A stretch of 64,000 nt of DNA from Amoebophrya sp. A120 (lineage: Eukaryota; Protista; Dinoflagellata), in the NCBI GenBank assembly GCA_905178155.1, contig CAJINV010000002.1, positions 12,766,387 through 12,830,386 of the forward strand. Reading direction: 5' to 3'. This document shows, piece by piece, positions 52,893 to 62,862 of the stretch. The stretch's first letter is position 1, and every line of letters starts with the position of its first letter. Made by a program: the position numbers and the translations under genes. The notes under the pieces were generated by a model that saw nothing but the letters and a program-made list of their open reading frames with translations, ran no database searches and was not told the DNA's origin.

Positions 52893-54298
52893 TTTTTTGC
52901 GAGCTGGCTTTTGGCTGAAATAGGTCCAATGTCGACCATAGCACCGGGCCCCAGGAATGCTAATCAGATGGCTTTGCTGAGTAGCTTCGGAATTTTTTCT
53001 GCCCAATGTCGAGCCTAGCAGCGGGCGCCGGGAATGCTAATCAGACAGCTTGGTCCTCTTTTTTGCGCGCTGGCTTTGGGCTGAAATAGGTCCAATGTCG
53101 ACCATAGCACCGGGCCCCAGGAATGCTAATCAGATGGCTTTGCTGAGTAGCTTCGGAATTTTTTCTGCCCAATGTCGAGCCTAGCAGCGGGCGCCGGGAA
53201 TGCTAATCAGACAGCTTGGTCCTCTTTTTTGCGCGCTGGCTTTGGGCTGAAATAGGTCCAATGTCGACCATAGCACCGGGCCCCAGGAATGCTAATCAGA
53301 TGGCTTTGCTGAGTAGCTTCGGAATTTTTTCTGCCCAATGTCGAGCCTAGCAGCGGGCGCCGGGAATGCTAATCAGACAGCTTGGTCCTCTTTTTTGCGC
53401 GCTGGCTTTGGGCTGAAATAGGTCCAATGTCGACCATAGCACCGGGCCCCAGGAATGCTAATCAGATGGCTTTGCTGAGTAGCTTCGGAATTTTTTCTGC
53501 CCAATGTCGAGCCTAGCAGCGGGCGCCGGGAATGCTAATCAGACAGCTTGGTCCTCTTTTTTGCGCGCTGGCTTTGGGCTGAAATAGGTCCAATGTCGAC
53601 CATAGCACCGGGCCCCAGGAATGCTAATCAGATGGCTTTGCTGAGTAGCTTCGGAATTTTTTCTGCCCAATGTCGAGCCTAGCAGCGGGCGCCGGGAATG
53701 CTAATCAGACAGCTTGGTCCTCTTTTTTGCGCGCTGGCTTTGGGCTGAAATAGGTCCAATGTCGACCATAGCACCGGGCCCCAGGAATGCTAATCAGATG
53801 GCTTTGCTGAGTAGCTTCGGAATTTTTTCTGCCCAATGTCGAGCCTAGCAGCGGGCGCCGGGAATGCTAATCAGACAGCTTGGTCCTCTTTTTTGCGCGC
53901 TGGCTTTGGACTGAAATAGGTCCAATGTCGACCATAGCACCGGGCCCCAGGAATGCTTCTAATCAGATGGCTTTGCTGAGTAGCTTCGGAATTTTTTCTG
54001 CCCAATGTCGATCCTAGCAGCGGGCGCCGGGAATGCTAATGAGACAGCTTGGTCCTCTTTTTTGCGCGCTGGCTTTGGACTGAAATAGGTCCAATGTCGA
54101 CCATAGCACCGGGCCCCAGGAATGCTTCTAATCAGATGGCTTTGCTGAGTAGCTTCGGAATTTTTTCTGCCCAATGTCGATCCTAGCAGCGGGCGCCGGG
54201 AATGCTAATGAGACAGCTTGGTCCTCTTTTTTGCGCGCTGGCTTTGGACTGAAATAGATCCAATGTCGACCATAGCACCGGGCCCCAGGAATGCTAAT
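52893..54298. repeat. Tandem satellite, ~8.5 copies of a 166-bp unit built from two related subunits
   Basis: TAGGTCCAATG recurs at 52921, 53087, 53253, 53419, 53585, 53751, 53917 and 54086 (variant at 54255); each unit holds two CCAATGTCGA...GAATGCTAATCAGA halves. Confidence 0.97.
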
Positions 54299-55996
54299 AG
54301 TTTCGACGTGTCCCCTTAAGCCTTAATTCAGTATTGATTCTTGACATTGTCCTTGGTGTTATCTCGTTAAAGCCACGACCGCGGGCCGAACGGGGCCCTA
54401 AAGTTGACCCACCTGTTGCAGCGACAGCAAGCGGCCCTGTCTCCGTTCCAATATCTTTCATTGCAGAGTACCTAACTCACGTAGGGTAAATTTTTCCGAT
54501 GCGCAAGCTTCAGCTCAAAAATTAATTTGTTCGCAGCTTTGCGTTTGTCTGCTCCCTGCTACCCGAACTATACAACAAATTGAAACGCGCCTGATTGATG
54601 GAGTACTTGTTAAAGGAGCTGGCGCATTGTAGAGTGATCGAGTGAATCTCATTCTCATAATGGAGCAAAGAGAGAAATACTTAAATCAAAGTTGAATGTC
54701 GACCACGAAGTATGAACAACAAATAAGAGAACGGCCGAGGAGAAAGGGTCATGAACTTGATTCGGCAAAGCGTGTGTCTCTTTCATGAATGAGTCCGCAT
54801 TGGTGGAGCGCGACGAGCGAGATCTTTCTGATGTACGTCATTGACGAATTCACTTGAATGTCGTGATTGCGTTGTAGTTGCGCCTTGTGACACTTCATTT
54901 TTTGCTACTTCACGACTTCCGGAATGTGTGAGTCTGATCCATGGAGCAAACGAAGTTTGGACGAAGATAGGAGACATACTTATCTAGAAGAAGGTATCAG
55001 TAGTACAACCTCCTTGCCACGACTCGTACTACTTTAGCACTGCATATTCCACCGAACCATTGTAAAGTCTTGCCGGCCGGGCATCACCACCACATAGTTT
55101 CTTCGATCAACTTGGATGCGCAAAAGTTCGAGATTGGGGTGCGGTGCTGCCCCCAAGAATCATTGCACCAAGCACTTTTCCCTGCAGCCTCGTCCGTCGA
55201 GCTGCGGCACTCAGAAGTAAACCAACGGGTAATATCGCAGGGCTGGATTTTTTCCAGGTGCTGCTACGCTGCACGAAGGATCTTACGGCATCGGGGTCCG
55301 GGAGCTCACAACGAACAAAGTAGGGTGGAAGAAGTGCCTAGGGTGGTTTCGTACAAATACTCAGGGTGCTTGCGTAGAACACAGAACCCAAAAACAGCGC
55401 ATCACTTCGGGAAAAAACGCACACTTATCAATCTCTACGGAATAAAGTTGCAGCTCTGCTTTCCTGAGGTATCGTGTCGTGGAGTGCCGGAAAACTTCAC
55501 TCTCGGCCGTGTGGAATCTGGACCGTGACACGGGCGAGAAGCGCGAATTTCCCCCCCTGCTGTAGTACAACACGTTCGTGCGTCTCGTAACATTACGGAG
55601 GCTCAGGTCGATTGCTGTGCGTCGCGGTGTGAAAATAGTCAGTGGGTGTCCTTTTTGTGACCGGATCCTGACGAGCACGAGCGAATTCGATTCCACTGCA
55701 GGCGAGACGTGTTACTACACTCCTAGCACCAGATCTTCGACGAACCTGGTGTAGCACCAGTACGCGACCATCGCCTACTTGCCTCGACTCCAGCGAGAAA
55801 TCGAAATACTTACATATACAAGCTACGAAGTTCTTCAAAGTCAACGCAACGCGCGGTGCGGGGTGAACCCATTTCTGCCGCACCGGTAGTGTTCGCTGTA
55901 CTGTCCTTCGGTAGAAACTTTTTGGCCACTACCCAGGGAGCAGCAAGATGGCGGGCGTGGAGAACATGCGCACCATCCAGCGTGCAAAAACGCAGG

Positions 55997-58900
55997 ATGG
56001 ACTCAAGTCCCCGGTATTCTCATCGTCCGGTGGACCAAAAAACGTTGACAGGGAGACAGCAGAGTACTTGTTCGATAGTTCGAGTTTGGAGCTGCCGTAG
56101 TTTCGATCATCAGATTTATAATTTGCGTGTCGCTGCGGCTCCGGTTGCTGGGCTGCAAGAATAGATTTTTCGTGAACAATTGTCACATCATCATTGAACA
56201 TGAAAACGAAAAATGCATTTGAATGCAGGTATTTGTCGTACCTTCGGGCAGCGACGCAGCGGGTTTTGCTGGATGAGACGCTCAAGATCGACACGGCAGA
56301 CTATTACGAGGAAAACAGTCTTTTCGCAAGAATCGCAGCAGACTCGAGGTAAGAAACCCATGCAGGACGAAAAGAATTCTTGTTTGGGAGTAGAACATTA
56401 TGCATGGTCGGTTTTTTTCTGTTGGGTCGTGCTGTGCGAGGATACATACAAATTTTTCATAGACTACCACTTCAGTAGCAAACAGAGCATTATGTATGAT
56501 CGTGTTGGGCCCACATCATGCTGTCAGCAACAGTACAAAAGCAGCGACATGGGCAAGGAGCAACGAAAACTTGGCTGTCCGAAATTCACGCAGACATGAC
56601 GAAAAAGCGCGCAACGGTCAGCGACTGCCTTGATCGAAATCTTTGGCGGCAAATTACAAAGGGAGCGCAAAAAGGCTCCCAACAACAAACAGCAAGCAGC
56701 GTCAGCATTTCTTCCGCTGCGTCCTTCCAAGAGCAAAATATTCCTATTCAGCAAATGCGAAGACTCCAGGGACGAAAAAGAATAGGAGTGAATCGCACAG
56801 GGACAATCTAAGGCTTAGAGTCGAACAGATTCAAATCATCATGTATGATCGTGTTGCTTCTGAGAAAGACTGTTATTGTTTCTCGACAACAGTCAATGTA
56901 CATCAACATCTATTCTTGCAGGTTCGATAACTTCACGCTTTTTGTGATTGTGCTGAACGCGGCCTGGATAGGGGTGGACACGGAGATAAACACAGCGCCG
57001 GATATATCCTGAGTAAAAACGTACCCACACCAGAGTTGTAATGCAGATTTGCAAAGACAGGAAGACTGGTAATGCGCATCCCCATGAGAGCCATTTCCAA
57101 TCGTGTTTTGGAATTTGTGACGCTGTGAACAGGATGAGCAGACGAATCTGTGATGCGGCTGCACTTGCTAACCTGCACTACACTGCATAGCGCAACTTGT
57201 CATGCGGGACTCACAAAGCTCCTAGGTTTGTGTTGCAAAATCCCCTTCCTGACCCTGGTGTGGGTACGTTTTTACTCAGGATAGGATATATCACGCTACG
57301 ACACGGCAAGCGTCATGATCGAGAACCTGTTTTGCTACTACTTCACAATAGAAGTTATCGTACGCTTCAACGCCTTCAAGTACGCCTGCAACTGCATCAA
57401 GGACTTTTGGTATCGCTTTACATATCATTCTGGCATTCATCAACGTGATGGAATGTAGCATTGAGCATTGCAGTTTTTCTTCTTGTTTGAGCATTGACAG
57501 TAAAGAAAACAACGGTTTTTGCGTCTTCATCTTCATCTTCTTCCTTCATCAGTGGCAGCACTGTTGAAAGTCTCCCAATCCAGGCGATTATGAGCGGCCT
57601 GAGAGGTCGAAAAAGGGAACTCTCTGGCGATAACGTCGAACAGAATGCATTCATCAAAGAGAACGGTTCTTGGGAATGTCTATGTCAATCTGAATCTATT
57701 TATACCCTATCAAGGTTCCGCTTCGACGCTTTCCTCGTGTCGCTGATGATAGTGGAGACGTGGCTTATGCCGTTAATCGGCGGCGGCGGCAATTTGTCCA
57801 CCTTGGCCATTTTGCGTCTCTTGCGTCTCGCCCGGCTCACAAGAATGGTCCGAATCATGCGATCTGTGCCTGAACTCCTCACACTGATTAAAGGTACACA
57901 AAATCGAAATCGTCCTGTTGAAGTTGAAGTTGATTGTGGAAAAAAATATAATATGTTTGTGCAGCAGGAGGTAGATTTTGCCGGGGGCTAGTTCGTTGCT
58001 AGGCTATGCGTTTTGCTTGAAAATAAATGATGTATCTATGACAGAAACATCACCGCTAACTCGCAGGTATGGTACGTGCAACAAAATCGGTGGCGTCAAC
58101 TCTTACACTGCTGATCATATTCCTCTATGTGTTATCCGAGATGAAAAGCGTGCTCGTGCAACGTACTTTTCTCATGTTATGAACCATACGTGCCGCGAGG
58201 CGGAGACGTCTGTCATCTAGCTAGCTGGAATTTATTGTATTCTTTGATGATTTTGTTCCCTCCCAACGATGATCTATGTCGAACATAGATAGGACCAGCA
58301 AATTATCATCGGAGACGCGGGTCGTACGACGACCTGTGCCACAAAAGATTTTTTTGTCATGCGTACCTACTCACCGGCTCCGTCAAGTGGACAGTCTATA
58401 CCTTGCTTTCCTGCTTGGAAAGCCCGTAGGTATTAGGAAGTTTCTGTTGCGCACTTTTTCATTCCGATACCGTTTTGGGCTTGTGTTTGCCATGCAGTAC
58501 AAGGACGAGTCGGTAGATGACAACAACCTCGAGGTGTTTGGGAACATTGGAGAGTCGATATTACAGGGAAAAATGCCCCCACCCCCAAATTTGCAGTAAT
58601 TTGTGATGCGAAGTTTCCAAATGAAAACTTTTTGTCATGCATGAAAGGAATATGAATCTTTGACTTTGTGACGCAGAGTCTAGGCGTATATAGCATTGCT
58701 TGCATGACAAGCGCCGCTCTTGCTGGGATCTTTTGTAATACAAATTTTCGCTATTCGTATTCACGATTGGACAGCTGTGATGCTGATAGATGCAAGAGGG
58801 CGAATGTTTCACTTGGAAAGGTTTGCAATACAAATGCTCCCAAGTTCGGGGATGGGGGCATTTTTCATTGTAATAGTCGATGTTCGCGCTCTTCATTGGC

Positions 58901-60954
58901 GGGACTCTGCTTGATGACTTGACGGCCTTCACGAATATCATCCGGGAATCAAAACAGCCAGCGATGCTGATAGCATGGTAACCACAATATAACTATGTCT
59001 ACTATGATTGAATGGTGAAATAGAATAGCGATAGCTCTCTCTCCTTTCTGCTTGTTGTGTTACAGTTCAAATGCAGGTCCTCGCTCTTCACAATTACAGT
59101 TTCAGCTTTGCCTTTATGACAGTAGCACACGCAGACCGACACAAAAAGTTTCGAAGCACGAAGAACAATTGTGTGAATAAGAATAGCGTACAAAAACCTC
59201 CGCGGTCCCTAGGTACCTCTTCGTGCTCTTATCTTCCTTCACGGTGCTCAACATGCTTATCGGTGTGCTGTGCGAGGTGGTGACGCAAACCGCGGAGGCG
59301 GAGCAGCAAAAGATGGTAATTGGTCAGGTTGGGTCGACCATGGTGGAGGTGTTTGCCGAGGTGGACGAGGATCGCTCCGGCTTGATTTCCGCGTCGGAGT
59401 TCGTAGGACAGTTGCACAACTCCCCCTCCCCCTCATTTGTCATGCAAAATACCCAATGCCAATCCACACACACACTTTGCCTCTTGGCACTGTTTGCATG
59501 GTGACAAGTTTTGGTAGCCCAAATAGCACCACAATCCAGTGCAAATTTGTCATGCAAAACCGGCATTCTTGCTGATGCTTGTGTTGCCGTTTATGCCATA
59601 CAAATGAGGGGAAGAGGGAGTTGTGCACTGTCATAGTTCGAGCTGATGAAGCAGAACGACAAGGTGACCGCTGCGCTTGAGCTGCTCGCGATCCAGAAAT
59701 CGCACCTGGTAGCACTCGCGGACTCGGTCTTCGGCGACCCGGCCGGGGGCGAGGGCGGAACCGGGCGGGAAGTCAGCTTCACAGAGTTTCTAGAAATGGT
59801 ATTGTAATATAATCTTCTGTAAGTTTTAGAAGTATAGTTATTCGACGTTTCACTTCCGTTCAGGTTTGGACGCTATTTCGGGGACCCTGCAAATGCGGCT
59901 CGAATTCGAAAGCAAATGCTTAGCTTTCGATGCAAAAAGAAAAATTGCCGGGGAAATACACATTATCTGTATCTCTACCTGCAGGCAATTCACCTGCGAC
60001 CCGAGAACCTGGCAACCGTGCTGGACGTGATTGAGTTGAGGAATGTAATGGGCGCGTACAAAAAGCTATCAAATGCAAAAATGTCTGGGTCTGGAAGAGT
60101 CATGCTGTTTTTGCATGACACAGAAGGTCTGGCATGGAAGCTCTAGCATCACAGTTCTCCAGAAGATTCCGCAATGCCGAATCCGCATCACAAATCCCCC
60201 ATTTAGGTGACAGAAAGTTGGCAGCTTTTGCCGCCTACGCATGGGAAATTTTTCTGTGTTCTGAAATGCGCATCACAAGTTCCTCCAGACCCAGACATAT
60301 TTGCATTGCATAAAAGCGGTTGGAGAACAAAGTCCTGGACTTCGAGGCGAGCGTGATGAGGGAAGTCTTCCGCAAAGGCATGGGCGTGCTGGACAATGGG
60401 CCCTCATTAGAAGACTACGATGACCTCATGGAGGTGAGGGAAAAGGCAGGGCGGGCAACAAGGTGCTGCTTTATTTTTACGAAGGAACAACAACATTGAC
60501 TTCAACTACTTCAGCACTTAAGACAACCAGTTCTGACCTACTCCTAGTCAATGGAAAGCATGGATTAAGATTCTTTTGTTGGAAAGATATAGATGTTCTT
60601 CGGGCCTACTTTCACTTCGCAACAAAAAAAATTATCTGTACTAAATCTACTCCGCCCAACAACTACAGGTTGATGCAAATGCTCGATAACGACTACTACG
60701 CCACCAAGCGACAGCTAGACGACCTGAAACGCGCGAAGGAGGCACACCAGATGCTGCTGGGGCGGGGGAAGATCGCGCGGATGATTTACAAGTTTTTGCA
60801 CGTGGCAGAGAAGATCAGTCTGAAGATCTTCGGGCCGGCCATCGACAAGATGCAGGGTCTGGACGAATACACGGAGCAGATCAAGAGCAAACTCAAGAAG
60901 AAGGAGGAGGCACCCCCGCAAACCGCCGACATCGCCCAGGGATCGAGTTCCTAG
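55997..60954 (+). CDS. Single-domain 6TM voltage-gated cation channel with EF-hand (start uncertain); five introners and several GT-AG introns
   Basis: S1 FDNFTLFVIVLNAAWIG, S4 LRLLRLARLTRMVRIMR, S5 LYVFGLVF, pore SMFALFIGGTLLDD, S6 LNMLIGVLCE and EF-hand DEDRSGLISASEF. Confidence 0.85.
56508..56840 (+). mobile_element. 5'-truncated RTE-like LINE fragment (333 bp) in a canonical intron, 16-bp TSD
   Basis: TSD ATGTATGATCGTGTTG at 56492-56507 and 56841-56856; encodes KTWLSEIHADM...DRNLWR, resembling the RTE ORF C-terminus; ATC-type tail. Confidence 0.75.
57005..57283. mobile_element. Introner family B (279 bp)
   Basis: TATCCTGAGTAAAAACGTACCCACACCAG perfect TIR; DR GGATA/GGATA; frame restored (TAPD|ISRY). 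Confidence 0.93.
58133..58469. mobile_element. Degenerate introner (337 bp)
   Basis: TATCCGAGATGAAAAGCGTGC...GCACTTTTTCATTCCGATA; flanks TGTGT/CCGTT; element+5 nt yields S5 helix IFLYV|FGLVF. Confidence 0.7.
58559..58875. mobile_element. Introner family F (317 bp)
   Basis: TATTACAGGGAAAAATGCCCCCAC...GGGGGCATTTTTCATTGTAATA; DR GTCGA/GTCGA; closely similar to 63375-63681. Confidence 0.93.
59404..59635. mobile_element. Introner family G (232 bp)
   Basis: TAGGACAGTTGCACAACTCCCCCTCCCCCTCATTTGT...ACAAATGAGGGGAAGAGGGAGTTGTGCACTGTCATA; DR GTTCG/GTTCG; sits right after the EF-hand loop. Confidence 0.9.
60067..60312. mobile_element. Introner family A (246 bp)
   Basis: Family A TIR; DR AAAGC/AAAGC; frame restored (AYKK|RLENK). 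Confidence 0.92.
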
Positions 60955-62862
60955 AAGAAGCGGTTTGTACTTGCTCCAGGATTATCTTCGATCCTGTCTC
61001 AGTAGCCAAAAAGAAAAGTACTGGACAGGTCGTTGGATGTCCGTGAAAATTCCGGGAAGCAGAGGGTGCTTTAGCGGCCGTCGCGCACCGCGACCGCCTG
61101 TGCTAGATCTTACACTATACAACGATGGTCCTGTATGAGTTAAAGTTGCTTATGAAGTTTGACAGAAAGCTACCATACATCCAATTTCAAAGTAGTATCA
61201 AACCAACAAGATGATTTTTTTTTCGCAATACGAGGAGGAACGCTGTGATTTTAAAAGCAGTGCAAGTTCAGAGCAGGAGAAGGGAACTAGAACTGAAAGC
61301 CGTTTTATGTAAAAATTGTATCCAAATGCAGTACAGCAAATGCAACTGTCTAAACAGTATCTGAGCACAGGAAGAACTTCCAGTGCAGCTGCCAATGAGC
61401 TTCTGTTTACTTTTTGATTCAGAACAGTACTGAGATCTCCTCTTTTTCTCGGGCTAAAGGAAAAAGCGCCATCAACGCTGTCCGCGCAACTGTCAAAGCC
61501 TCGGATTCACAAACATGCGAAATAAAATTCGTGAGTAAGTACTAACTTGACTTCAAGCGACGGTGACAGGATCTGACCGTTGCGCAGGAACAGGATATGT
61601 TTGTCCTCGAGCTTTACAACTACCTTGTACGAACACTTAATACAATTCTCACAACTTCAAAAATTGTGGGAAGCAATGAAGGTGTGACAGGGCTCCTTCT
61701 TTTTAACACAGCAGGAGATTCGAGATTCATCTTTCACAACAAACAATATGTTATGATACACACTACAAGACGCTAGAGGTAGGCCTGTCTCATCGCGTCC
61801 GCCACAACTTTCCGATATAATTTGCTGAACTTGTTCGAGGGACCGAAGAAACGTCACTGTCAACCATCCCTCCGTGTATCAACAAAAATGGCTCGTCCCG
61901 AGAAGAACCTTGTAGTCTGTCGTTGCATTACCCGATGAATTAGAACCGCCTACCGCCTCCGCCCCTATTTAGAGGTCCGTCGCTGCGTAAAAATCTCCAG
62001 CAGCCTGTTACAACTTGAGGTTGATTGAACAAAAGGGTGTCGTTTTCGTACTTCCCTCTCAGTGTTCCTTCGGTGAGGAACGTCAGGACTTTCTGTTGCG
62101 ATGTAGAACGCAGCTCTCTAGTTGATTTATTCGCATATGTTGCTCTGCTGGCCGCTTGCAGTCGGCTTTCGCTTTTGTAACGTTTTGGCATATTTTATTC
62201 ATCGTGGCAGTTCGTCGGCAGTACAATGTCCTGGGTCATCAACGTAAAAGAGAAGTTGCACTCTTGATCTGCAACTTTTAGGAGCACGCAGAAAGAAAAA
62301 AAGTATTTGAACAAACTAGCACAGGGATGCACGCGAACCAGATCCACCCAGATGTCTTTAGCGCGCCACAAATCTTCACACGCAAATTAGTAAATACCCT
62401 TTTATCATCTTCAAGAACGAAGACGATCTTGATGACTTTTGCAAATAGCACGGCTCGTTGTTGGACACTGAATAGAAGGATCTTGGTTGAGGTATCAAAA
62501 GCCGGTCTGTCAAACTGATCCCGCCCAGCTTGTTGCCTATCCCTTCATAGCTCGCAAAGTGCCGAACTACTTAGAACTGATTTCTGCACTGATCAACTGC
62601 AGTTTTGGAAAGAGAAGCAAAGGTTCCAAAAGTACACTGGCCGTCAAATATTGAATTTCAATTTTGAATACAGCGACTTAGAAGACCTAGTTGTAGGTGT
62701 ACTAGTCGATGAAATTGAAGCTGTCCCACTTCTTCATCTACACCAGCAGCTGTCTATCGATGTAAGGAGTAGAATGTGCTGGTAACAATTTCTTTCGTGT
62801 TTGTCTACTTTGTGAATTGAAAAAAAAAAGATTTTTACCTAAGATCTTTACTCGCCATAAAA

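Noticed and set aside
52893-54298. CRISPR array or spliced-leader gene cluster
   Set aside because: There are no unique spacers because whole units repeat, no cas genes, and the context is eukaryotic. TTTTGGCTGAA only loosely resembles the dinoflagellate SL (CCGTAGCCATTTTGGCTCAAG).
51883-55900. Autonomous transposase or RT partner of the introners
   Set aside because: No DDE, RT or integrase motifs recognised in ORF 51883-52845 or the short ORFs at 55.0-55.9 kb, and no flanking introner TIRs seen.
61000-62800. Short ORFs in AT-rich gaps (also 1600-3000, 6650-7900, 11200-13100, 29300-30200)
   Set aside because: Short, lacking coding-like codon bias or motifs; treated as UTR or intergenic.
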